Positions 13,897 through 25,359 of a DNA stretch of 64,000 nt are shown one piece after another. Under the pieces are notes generated by a model. It was not told where the DNA came from, did not search any database, and saw only the letters and a program-made list of their open reading frames with translations. The translations under genes and the position numbers were made by a program. This DNA is from Chiloscyllium plagiosum (Eukaryota). Position 1 is the first letter of the stretch. Every line of letters starts with the position of its first letter. The stretch spans positions 30,510,045-30,574,044 of the forward strand of contig NC_057718.1 of assembly GCF_004010195.1 (NCBI RefSeq), read 5' to 3'.

Positions 13897-14563
13897 TGTT
13901 ATGGATCAGATCAACCCATCTCAAAGCATATCAAGGAGATAGCCTGGATTCTACCTTTTATCTTATTTCGATGCACGTTAAGGCATGGCGTTCCAGAAGT
14001 TCTGATTCAATTGGTCAAACTGCTAGACTTTAAGTAAAACTCACTTTATTCTTATGCCACAGTTAAAATATAAATGCAAAAAAGAAGCATTAGCATAACT
14101 TTAACTCTATCAAAATACTTAAAATAATATTATTATTTAACTACTACTCATCAACTGTTTAATATAGCAGCATTATATAAACACCCTTTACAAAGGCAAA
14201 TTCAGCAAAATAGATTTTCCTCATTTGCTATCTCCTCCAACCCAAGAGAAGGAACACCAACAGAATGAATCTAGCAGCAGAGAAAGAATTCAAGCTTTGC
14301 ATCAACAGAGAGACAAGTGTAACTAGCAGCTTCATCTTCAAAATCCCCAACTTCAACAACTGAAAGCAAAAAGTAAAATCTGGGGCTGTGAGAGCCTGAC
14401 TCCACCCACTCATGCTTGTTTCATCTACTTTTTAAAAAGACCAAAGCCCCATTCAGACTGCTTTCCATAGAACAGAGACATCTCGACATGAAGTTTACAA
14501 CACCCTACTCCTTCAAGAGAAACAGGATGGAATAAATCCCTCTTAAAGGCACACATTGTCATA
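13897..14563 (-). mobile_element. Solo LTR with 4-bp target-site duplication
   Basis: Termini TGTTAT..TGTCATA, flanked by GTAG at 13893-13896 and 14564-14567; minus-strand AATAAA near 14045; removing it rejoins the Gypsy RT reading frame. Confidence 0.75.
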
Positions 14564-14854
14564 GTAGCTATAGTCACTTTCTTGGTTACTCCCTTCTTTT
14601 CTAGCTCTTCTATTTTGTCTTTTAGGCTGCACTTGAGGTGGAACTCTCCTTAGCAGATTGAGAATGCAAGTATATAATAAAACTGTAATGGTAGCACAAA
14701 GAGAGCATATTTATATAGAATATACTAAGAGATGACTCTGCCTAGTTAGGAAAATTCTTTGAATATTAAGAAAAAGAATTGATTGCTGTTTCTGAATATT
14801 TCCTATTAAAAAAAAAAGGTATTTCATATTACTTCAAATCAAATTTCATTTCAG

Positions 14855-15007
14855 ATTGGGATGTGTGGTAGCCGGCTGGAAATAATTCCATGCTCTCGGG
14901 TTGGGCATGTTTTTTGTAAACACTGACCATATGACTCACCTAAAGGACAGGATATAATGGCACACAATTTTCTTTGACTGGCATATGTCTGGATGGATGA
15001 GCATAAA
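14855..15007 (+). pseudogene. GALNT11: Inactivated exon of a polypeptide N-acetylgalactosaminyltransferase, GALNT11-like
   Basis: 153-nt phase-0 exon between TTTCATTTCAG and GTAT; reads [49 protein letters not shown], colinear with recalled GALNT11 [54 protein letters not shown] at 14924-14926 and 14975-14977. Confidence 0.88.
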
Positions 15008-15649
15008 GTATCTTTGTCACATACTAAGATTACAGCCCACTTTGTGAATTAGAATAATTCTGCATTCGTTCTACTGATCAGATGTCATGCTTTAGTTTTT
15101 TCTCAAAGTAGGAGAAGAGTCTGCAAGATCAATACCATCAGTTAGTGAATATTTAACTTTCTTTGATGCAGTTCTGCTTTCTTTGTTCTTTTTGTCTTCT
15201 CCCTCTGCGTGACTACAACCTTTCAGGTTAATCCTAAATTTGGTCATTCTCTCATCTCTCTTTATTTGCATTCAAAACAATGAGGCATGAGCCAGCAGGC
15301 ATCTCCCGTGACTGAAATTTATGAAACTCATGTGCAAAGTAAAAATGTGAGTTATCTGCAAGAGAAACGTTAACACAGAGTGGCTATGGCGATTGCCTAC
15401 TCGATTATCTTTTCAGCAAGCGGCACAATGGAAAGATTTGTGAAATTTTCACTGTATGCTTCTGATAACTTCAATGGGTATAAGAAAACATCCTTCCAAT
15501 AGGCAAAATAGTTCAGGCTAATACTGCAAATCTGATTTATTACAGTATGTTCTGGATTAGGTGTGAATACCATGACCTAGAGTATACAAGACCACATTTG
15601 CCACCAATTCCATTACCAACAGAAATGCTGGTTGAGGATAGCACAATAC

Positions 15650-16682
15650 AAACTGGGTTGAAAATAGAAAGCAGAGGGTGGTGGTTGGGGGTTGTTTTTC
15701 AGACTAGAGACCTGTGACCAGTGGTATGCCACAAGGATCGGTGCTGAGTTCACTGCTTTTTGTCATTTATATAAATGATTTGGATGTGAACATAGGAGGT
15801 ATGGTTAGTAAGTTTGCAGATGACACCAAAATTGGAGGTGTAGTGGACAGCAAAATCATTTACCTAATTGGAGGTGTAGTGGACAGCAAAATCATTTACC
15901 TCAGAGTACAAGGGGATCTTAAACAGATGGACCAATGGGCTGAGGAGTGGCAGATAGAGTTCAATTTAGATAAATGTGAGGTGCTGCATTTTGGAAAGGC
16001 AAATTAGGATAGGATTTATACACTTAAAGGTAAGGTTCTCGAGGGTGTGGCTGAACAAAGAGACCTTGGAGTGCAAGTTCATAGTTCCTTGAAAGTAGAG
16101 TCCCAGGTAGATAGGATAGTATGCTTCCCTTTATTGGTCAGAGCACTGAGCATAGGAGTTGAGGGATCTTGTTGCGTCTGTACAGATGAGCCAATCTGTA
16201 AATTGGTTAGGCCACTTTCAGAATACTGCATGCAGTTTTGGTCTCCCTGCTATAGGAAGGATGTTGTGAAACTTGAAAAGGTTCAGAAAAGATTTATAGG
16301 GATGTTGCAAGGGTTGGAGGGTTTGAGCTATAGGAAGAGGCTGAGTATACTGGGACTATTTTCCCTGGAGCATCGGAGACTGAGAGGTGACCTTTATAGA
16401 GGTTTCTAAAATCGTGAGGGGCATGGATAGGGTGAATAAACAATGTCCTAGGCGTAACGTAGGATGAACAGCTGAGGATCCCGGGATTGTATTCATTAGA
16501 GTTCAGAAGGTTGAGGGGAGACCTAATACAAACTTACAAGATAATGCATGGCTTAGAAAGGGTGGACTCTGGAAAGTTATTTCCGTTAGGCAGGGAGACT
16601 AGGACCCATGGGCACAGCCTTAAAATTAGAGGGGGTCAATTTAGAATGGAAATGAGGAGATGCTTCTTCAGCCAGAGACTGC
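15650..16682 (+). mobile_element. Two abutting CR1 ORF2 3' fragments
   Basis: SGMPQGSVL..YINDLD..KFADDTKIGG; second piece YSLEFRRLRGDLIQTYK from ~16455; 30-bp tandem duplication near 15829-15902. Confidence 0.9.
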
Positions 16683-16685
16683 AGT

Positions 16686-19600
16686 AGTGAGTAGAGTGGG
16701 TTCTTTCTTGATTATATGTTATTTTTTGAGATATGTCTCTTGATTAAACTTAAAATATAAGCCATAACTATTAATTTAACCTGGGGCAGTGTTTTGTAGA
16801 GGAATAAGACAGTGTTATTTTCTGGTCTGTAGATTGTGAAGGAGCAAAAACGGCCTTTAGTAGAGTGATATGTGCTTCTAGTCAGATGTGGGAGTTTAGA
16901 AAGAGTTTAAGGATTACAGCGGATTTTGTCTGCAATAAATACTGTTGGTTGCAAATCTTATCAGGTGGAATGGATCGGTTGGAGAGACAGTTAGAAGTGA
17001 TGAGGAATTTGCAACAGTATGTGATGGATGGCATTTATAGGAAGGGGGGAAAGTCTCAGATACAGTCACATAAATGGGTTAACTCCAGGAAAGGTAAGAG
17101 AGGAAGACAGCGAGTGCAGGAGCCTTCTGTGGCTATCCCCATTTCAAACAAGTATGCTGTTTTGGAAAATGTAGGGGGTGATGGATTCTCAGGCGAATGT
17201 ACCACGAACAGCCAAGTTTCTGGTATTGAGACTGGCTCTAATGCAATGAGGGGTACGTTGGGTTCCAAGAGATAAATTATGCTAGGGGATTCTCTAGTCC
17301 AAGGTACAGACAGACGTTTCTGTGGTCAGCAGCGAAAAATCAGAATGGTGTGTTGCTTCTCTGGTGCCAGGATCAAGGATGTCTCATGGAAGGTGCAGAA
17401 TGTTCTCAAGGGGGAGAGGGGCCAGCAAGAGGTCATTGTCCACGTTGGAACCAACGACATAGGAAGGGAAAAGGTTGAGATTCTGAAGTATGATTACAGA
17501 GAGTTCGGCAGGAACTTTAAAAAAAGGTCCTCAAGAGTAGTAATATATGGAATACTCCCGGTGCTATGAGCTAGTGAGGGCAGGAATAGGAGATGAATGA
17601 GCAGATGAATGCATGGCTGAGGAGCTGGTGTATGGGAGAAGGATTCACATTTTTGGATCATTGGAATCTCTTTTGGGGTAGAAGTGACCTGTACAAGAAG
17701 GTTGAATTGCACCTAAATTGGAAGGGGACTAACATACTGGCAGGGAAGTTTGCTAGAGCTGCTCGGGTGGATTTAAACTAGTAAGGTGGGGGGTGGGATC
17801 CAGGGAGATAGTGAGGAAAGAGATCAATCTGAGACTGGTACAGTTGAGAACAGAACCGAATCAACCAGTCAGGGCAGGCAGGGACAAGGTAGGACTAATA
17901 AATTAAACTGCATTTATTTCACTGCAAGGGGCCTAACGGGGAAGGCAGATGAACTCCGGGCATGGTTAGGAACATGGGACTGGGATATCAGCAATTACGG
18001 AAACATGGCTCAGGGATGGGCAGGACTGGCAGCTTAATGTTCCAGGATACAAATGCTACAGGAAGGATAGAAAGGGAGGCAAGAGAGGAGGGTGAGTGGC
18101 GCTTTTGATAAGGGATAGCATTACGGCTGTGCTGAGGGAGGATATTCCTGGATATACATCCAGGGAAGTTATTCGGGTGGAACTGCGAAATAAGAAAGGG
18201 ATGATAACCTTATTGGGATTGTATTATAGACCCACTAATAGTCAGAGGGAAACTGAGAAACTTGTAAGGAAACCTCAGCTATCTGTGAGAATAATAGGGT
18301 GGTTATGGTAGGGGATTTTAATTTTCCAAACATCAGCTGGGACTGCCATAGTGTTAAGGGTTTAGGTGGAGAGGAATTTGCTAAGTGTGTACAAGACAAT
18401 TTTCTGATTCAGTATGTGGATGTACTTGCTAGAGAAGGTGCAAAACCTGACCTATTCTTGGGAAATAAGGCAGGGCAGGTGACTGAGGTGTCAGTGGGGG
18501 AGCACTTTGCAGCCAGAGACCATAATTCTACTAGATTTTAAATAGTGATGGAAAAGGATAGACCAGATCTAAAAGTTGAAGTTCTACATTGGAGAAAGGC
18601 CAATTTTGACAGTATTAGGCAAGAACTTTCAAAAGCTGATTAGGGACAGATGTTCGCAGGTAAAGGGACGGCTGGAAAATGGGAAGCCTTCAGGAATGTA
18701 ATAACGAGAATCCAGAGAAAGTATATTCCTGTCAGGGTGAAAGGAAAGGCTGGTAGGTATAGGGAATGCTGGATGACTAAAGAAATTGATGGTTTGGTTA
18801 AGAAAAAGAAGGAAGTATTTGTAAGGTATAGACAGGATAGATCAAGTGAATCCTTAGAGTATAAAGGCAGTAGGAGTATACTTAAGAGGGAAATCAGGAG
18901 GGCAAAAAGGGGACATGAGATGGCTTTAGCAAATAGAATTAGGGAGATTCCAAAGAGTTTTTATAAATACATTAAGGACAAAAAGGTAACGAGGGAGAGA
19001 AGAGGGCCCCTCAAAGATCAGCAAGGCGGCCTTTGTGTGGAGCCTCAGAAAATGAGGGAGTTACTAAACGAGTATTTTGCATCAGTATTTACTGTGGAAA
19101 AAGAAATGGAAGATGTAGAATGTAGGGAAATAGATGGTGACACCTTGCAAAATGTTCACATTACAGAGGAGGATGTGCTGGATGTCTTGAAACACATAAA
19201 GGTGGATAAATCCCCAGGACCTGATCAGGTCTACCCTAGAACTCTGTGGGAAGCTAAAGAAGTGATTGCTGGGCCTCTTGCTGAGATATTTGTATCATCA
19301 ATAGTCACAGATAGGTGCCGGAAGACTGGAGGTTGGCTAATGTTGTGCCACTGTTTAAGAAGAGTGGTAAGGACAAGCCAGGGAACTATAGACCAGTGAG
19401 CCTGACGTCAGTGGTGGGCAGGTTGTTGGAGAGAATCCTGAGGGATAGGATGTACATGTATTTGGAAAGGCAAGGACTGATTAGGGATAGTCATCATGGC
19501 TTTGTGCGTGGGAAATCATGTCTCACAAACTTGATTGATTTTGTTTGAAGAAGTGACAAAGAGGATTGATGAGGGCAGAGCGGTGGATGTGATCTATATG

Positions 19601-19932
19601 GACTTCAGTAAGGCGTTCAACAAGGTTCCACATGGGATACTGTTTAGCATGGTTAGATCTCACAGAATACAGGGAGAACTAGCCATTTGGATACAGAACT
19701 GGCTCAAAGGTAGAAGACAGAGGGTGGTGGTGGAGGGTTGTTTTTCAGACTGGAGGCCTGTGACCAGTGGAGTGCCACAAGGATCGGTGCTGGGCCCTCT
19801 ACTTTTTGTCATTCACACAAATGATTTGGATGTGAGCATAAGAGGTACAGTTAGTAAGTTTGCAGATGACACCAAAATTGGAGGTGTAGTGGACAGCGAC
19901 CTCCGATTACAACAGGACCTTGACCAGATGGG
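16686..19932 (+). mobile_element. CR1 LINE with 5' UTR, ORF1 (SGNH esterase-like) and ORF2 (AP endonuclease + RT), frameshifted and 3'-broken
   Basis: ORF1 GDSLVQG..VHVGTNDIG; endonuclease [46 protein letters not shown]. Confidence 0.95.
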
Positions 19933-20092
19933 CAAAAGTGAGGACTGCAGATGCTGGAAACCAGAGTTTAGATCAGAGTGGTGCTGGAAAAGCACAGCAG
20001 GTCAGGAAGCATTCACGGAGCAGGAAAATCGACATTTCGGGCAAATGCCCTTCATCAGGAATGGAGGCAGGGAGCCTCCAGGGTGGAGAGAC
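19933..20092 (-). mobile_element. Penelope-derived element (family A) with hammerhead core
   Basis: Minus strand CATTC-CTGATGA-AGGGC-ATTT-GCCC-GAAATGTCGATT at 20027-20063. Confidence 0.85.
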
Positions 20093-21541
20093 ATTTGTAT
20101 AAATGACAAACACAAGTGGACCCAGCACCGATCCCTTTGGAACACTGCTGGTGACAAGTCTCCAGTCAGATAATCAACCCTGCACCATCATTCTCTGTCT
20201 CCAACATAAAACCAATTTTGTATCCAATTGGCAAGCTCACCCTGAATCCCATGTGATCTAACTTTTTTTTTACACTGACTGTAGCCCAGCCAGCACAGAT
20301 TCAGTGCCATTAACTGGGGAGACTCTGAATCTCCTGGTTTTTTTAAATTCTTTTTTTTTCCTTTTTTACTTCAAACCCCAACACTGCTGCCTAACTGCGG
20401 TAGTGTTTATCTTTTGTGATCTAACTTTATTAATTCGTCTACCATGTGGAACCTTGTCAAAGATTTTACTAAAGTCCAGTAAACAATGTCTACTGCTCTG
20501 CCCTCATCAATCTTCTTGGTTACTTCCTCAAAAAACTCAATCGAGTTTGTGAGACGTGATTTCCCTTGCAAAATATAACCATGCTGACTATCTGTAATTT
20601 GTCAGTACCTCTCCAAATACATATAAATCTTATAAAGTGATAGAGTGATAGAGATATACAGCACGAAAAAAAGACTATTCAGTCCAACCTGTCCACGCCG
20701 ATCAGATATCCTAAATTAATCTAGACCCATTGCCAGCACTTGCCCCATATCCCTCTAAACCCTTCCTATTTACATACCTTTCCCAATATTGTTTAAATGT
20801 TGGAAGAGTACCAGCCTCCACCACTTCCTCTGGCAGCTCATTCCATACATGCACAACCCTCTGTGTGAAACGTTGCCTTATATCTTTCCCCTCTCACTCT
20901 AAACCTATGCCCTCTAGTTCTGGACTCCCCCACCCCAGGGAAAAGACTTTGTCTATTTACCCTATCCATGCCCCTCATGATTTTATAAACCTCTATCAAG
21001 TCACCCCTCATCCTTCGCCGTTCCAACGAGAAAAGGCCGAGAACTCTCAACCTATCCTCGTATGACTTCCTCTCCATTCCAGGCAACATCCTGGTAAATC
21101 TTTTCTGCACCCTCTCGAAAGCTTCCACATCTTTCCTAAAGTGAGGCGACCAGAACTGCACACAGTACTCCAACTGTGGCCTAACCAAAGTCCTGTACAG
21201 CTGTAACATCACTTCACGACTCTTGAATTCAATCCCTCTGCTAATGAACGATAATACTCCATAGGCCTTCTTACAAACTCTATCCACCTGAGTGGCAACC
21301 TTCAAAGATCTATGTACATAGACCCCAAGATCCCTCTGTTCCTCCACCTCACTAAGAATCCTACCGTTAACCCTGTATTCCGCATTCTTATTTGTTCTTC
21401 CAAAATGGACAACCTGGACAACCTCACACTTGAACTCCATCTGCCACTCCTCAGCCCAGCTCTGCATCATATCTAAGTCCCTCTGCAGTCGACAACAGCC
21501 CTCCTCACTGTCCACAACTCCACCTATCTTCGTATCATCGG
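20093..21541 (-). mobile_element. CR1 RT fragments (~20093-20630 and ~20635-21541)
   Basis: DDTKIGGVVDSEEG..LYRTLVRPQLEYCVQFWSP..ERVQKRFTRMLPG; (CTATCACT)n tail at 20636-20653. Confidence 0.92.
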
Positions 21542-21542
21542 G

Positions 21543-21780
21543 CCTGATGAAGGGCTTTTGCCCGAAACGTCGATTTTGCCTGTCCTCGGATTTTGCCTGT
21601 CCTCGGATGCTGCCTGAACTGCTGTGCTCTTCCAGCACCACTAATCCAGAATCCATTTGGAGGTGGCAGAAATGTCAGCGGATGATGTGGTTAATGCGAA
21701 GGTTGGTACAGTGGAAAGTGAGGACCAAGGGAGTTCTGTCCTTGTTACGGTTGGAGGGGTGGGGTTTGAGGGCGGATATG
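21543..21780 (+). mobile_element. Family A hammerhead repeat plus an antisense Penelope ORF fragment
   Basis: Intact core CTGATGA-AGGGC-TTTT-GCCC-GAAAC-GTC at 21544-21571; minus strand NRNKDRTPLVLTFHCTNLRINHIIR resembles the PLE at 4200-4300. Confidence 0.85.
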
Positions 21781-22179
21781 GAGGTCTTCTCAGCTGATGA
21801 GGAATGGACAGTTAGATTTTGGGGGTTCATGATCATCGTTACCTTGCAAAGGCAGTTGACCATTTGAAACAATTTCCAGATAGTTTATTAAGTTTATTAA
21901 GTGGTAGTTTCGATCTGATACCTTAATAAATTAGACAAAGGAAGTATAAAGCTGTACCAATTGAATATGGTTCACTGATAACCAAGGGCAAACAGGTTGT
22001 TGCACAAAACCTGTCTGTTTTGATGTATTTGTAAAGGCAATATCCTGCTCTCTACCCAAAGTGGGAGAGAATTCTTTCCTAGGTGTTCAGCCTTTCTCGT
22101 GAAAACAGCTCCCTGAGTAGGACTGACTACCTGTTGAGGACTGTTGTCTGCCCCTGAGCACTTGATGATATATTCCTCA

Positions 22180-25100
22180 ATTCTAGGGGTTGGTATCTGA
22201 TATGGATTATCAAAAGAAATACAGTCAGATCATGGTTCAAATTTAATATCACAAGTATTGTAAGAAATTATGGCTAGTTTGGAAATAAAACAATTTATGT
22301 CTTTCATTTTATCACATACAATCATGAGGTACGTTGGACAAATGGCATCAAACTTTGAAGACCATAATTAAAGCTCATCGTTAAGAGTGTCCTAATGATT
22401 AGGAGAAAGAAACTCTCTTGTTACCGCTTACAGGCTGGGATGCGCAGAATGAGCCCATAGCATTCAGGCCTTCTGATCTGACGTATAGACTTGACATGAG
22501 AGGATCATTCAAATTGATTAAAGGAGATTTGATAAACTGAAGCTCAGAGACGAAGCTTACAGTGTATGTTTTAAGTCAGAGAAAAACTACTGAAATAAAG
22601 AAGCATTTGAAGAGTGTTCAACCAACAAGGAAAACCAACCCAAGTAAAACAATCACACTTCAAAAATTTGTTGCCGGAGAGAAGGTATTAATATTGGCAC
22701 CAGTCTCTGAGAGACCATTAAAAGCAAAGTTCACAACTTTATCAAATCAAAACGGCACTCAAATAAGTAAATTGTGTACGAGCATTCCCAATAGGTAAAA
22801 AAAAATCAGTATGTGTATCATATTAATATACTGAAGAGATATTATGACATGGACAAAACTCGGGAAGGGTGTTTTTTTGGTCATGAAAGAAACAGAGTGA
22901 AGTAGAATTATCAGCACAATTGGAGAATTAATCAAAAATTGAAATTCGGATGTTGATACTCCAGCAATCAGATTGAATCATATGAAGGTGCTTAAAGGAT
23001 TTGATAGCATAATATTCCATCTTCCAAAAAACAATTGACGTGACTTGGGCTATAACAAATTATAGATTGATTTGTGTGAATAGGCCAGGAAAAAAAGACT
23101 TTAACTGTTCATGATATTAATGTAAATGTTGAGTTCCTGATAAAACAACATTCTTACAGACATAATCCAGATAAATTGGCTCAGGTGAGGAAAGACATTA
23201 AGTTCATGATGTCCAATTAATTTATTGGATACAATCATAGTAGCTGGAGTTTACTTTTTATGATTGCGACCAATCTAGTTTTGGCACCAAGATTCTGTGT
23301 TAAAGTCAACACAATAACAAAGGCAGACTCATATCCTATTCCAGGATTGGAAACCTGCATTGACAGAATTGGGCATGCATTATTTATCAGCAAGATCAAT
23401 TTGCAAAAGGGATATTGACTTCACTTTCATTGACTGATAGAGCCAAAGAAACATCAACTTTTGTAACAGCAGATACACTTTATCAATGCAAAGTCACACC
23501 ATTCGGAATCCACCAGGAATATTGCGATGATTAACGAATATAATCATTAAACTACTATGTAACTGCGTAGTTTACATTGATGCCTTGGTTGTTTTCAGCC
23601 AAACCTGGGGAAAACATTTGTATCACTTGATTGAACTGTTTGATTTGCTATAAAGAGACAATCTTGTTATAATTTTGGCTAAAAAGAAATTTGCCACATC
23701 AAAAGTGACTTCTTTGTGCCACATTATGGGACATGGCCAGGTATCCCCTAGAGAAGTGAAAGTAAGGGGCAATTTGGACTTCTCTGTACTTTGGATAAAA
23801 TGTGAAATGTTGGAAACGTTTGCATGAATGAATGTCATCAGGCATTTTTTCCAAACTTTTTCATTGTTGTTGCTCCTTTAATGAATTTATTAAGGCAAGG
23901 TGAAAAAATTGCATGTCAAACTGAAAAATGACAATTTGAAAGCTATGCTGACAACATCACCAGTGTTAACAGTGCTGAATCTTGACAAGCCATGCAAACT
24001 GGCTGCTGATACAAGTGACATCAGTGAGTGTTTGGTTTTACTATGAGATAACAAAAAGGGGATCAACAATCTATCAGTTTATTTTCAAAGAAACTGACCA
24101 CTTGACAACAGAAAATATTTAAGGGTGGAGAAGAAGATATTGAATCTTGTACACGTACCACGTCATTTGAAATAAACATCAGCTGTGGATGCAACTGTTA
24201 TTTGTACAGACCACAATCCTTTGATATTGTGAAGAAATTTGAGGACAAGGGCTATCAGTTGTTCCGGTGGAGCTTAATTCTTCAGCTGTACAATTTAACC
24301 ATCATTCATGTCCCTAGAAAAGATAATGCTGTAGTGGACGCTTTATCATGAGTACTCATGAAAGAATTGGAATACTGTTGTGCAATTGGACTAATGTAAA
24401 GTATTTTTGCCATGTAACTCATTGTTTCATGCCAATATTGTATTATTGTTAATGTGACATTGAAATACTGTAAAAATATTATTGGGAAACTAAAATGCTT
24501 TTCAAAATACACTCACTCATTCTTCTTCACAGAGATCTGTAATAAAAGGTGTGAGACTTACTTATATTAATAGGATTTTAGAATTTGGATTTCATGTTAG
24601 TAGCATATGGGTGGTAATCCTATTTCTGGTTTTAATAATTAACTTGATAAGTTTTTTTTCAGAACCGTGATTTTAAAGCAGTATGTGTTAGAGAGCAGAT
24701 GACTGAACGCCTCATGGAGCATGAATAGAAGTTTGCTTATACTGTGGAATTTTATGACAGAAGAAAAAGGAAATATTCTACCATTAGCTTAGCAGAAACA
24801 GGATGAGCAAGATTTTTAAAGAAAATAGTTAAAAGCTTCTGAATTCAGGAGACTTGGCTGAAGCCAGGTGTAAGAATAGTTTCTCCGAGAAAAAGTAGTT
24901 TGTTCAGAGCAATTGTGGGAGCATGTTACCTCAGCATAAGGGTTTCAGTTTGTGGAAACTTCCACAACAGTAGTTAGGTTAGAAATTTACATAGACTTTC
25001 ACAGTATTGAACAACAAAGATTCCAATGGTGAAAGAATTCAAGGGAATGACTTCACAGCTCACCAGACAGAAACTGAGGAAAAAACAGTTAAGCCAACTG

Positions 25101-25350
25101 TGTGGGTTGGGCAGTGAAATCAAATAATTCTGGTTTTTCATCTAGTAACTATAAAGTGATTGTGTTAGGAGTAGATGGAGCTTTATTTTGCAGCCTGTTT
25201 TGAGAACTCAATCTGTATTGTATTTAAATAGCTGGGCTTGCTTTGTTTTGTTTAATTTGTGTAATGAATTTATGTTTTATTGTTGAAAACAAATTTTCAG
25301 CATTGTGTGTTTATGTTAAGCCACATTAAATTGGAAAAATAATTTAATCT
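22180..25350 (+). mobile_element. Decayed Gmr1-like LTR retrotransposon (integrase, RT, RNaseH, probable 3' LTR from ~24538)
   Basis: Integrase YGLSKEIQSDHGSN..KWHQTLKTIIKA (~22200-22380) precedes RT IKQHSYR..TKADSYPIPGLETCIDRIG..YIDALVVFS (~23140-23750) and RNaseH CTDHNPL..FRWSLILQLYNLTIIHVPRKDNAVVDALS (~24260-24350). Confidence 0.82.
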
Positions 25351-25359
25351 ATCAAGCAA

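Larger units (their letters stand above)
10900..14670 (-). mobile_element. Highly decayed Gypsy LTR retrotransposon pol (RT-RNaseH-integrase), interrupted by CR1, a short repeat and a solo LTR
   Basis: Minus-strand remnants GVTKKVTIATYWINRMI (RT start), QLMTTMPALRY..DVTLQCE (RNaseH), IHASRQEIDCTL*KA*EVVKWLNM (integrase Zn region), GTNYSFTINYYSDNW (integrase core). Confidence 0.75.

Noticed and set aside
14924..14977. In-frame TGA codons as selenocysteine or read-through
   Set aside because: Both align to Arg positions and fit CGA to TGA decay alongside other damaging changes; no SECIS evidence
16850..17781. GDSL/SGNH esterase-like ORFs as a host lipase gene
   Set aside because: Directly upstream of endonuclease-RT ORF2; this is the known CR1 ORF1 domain and it is broken by stops
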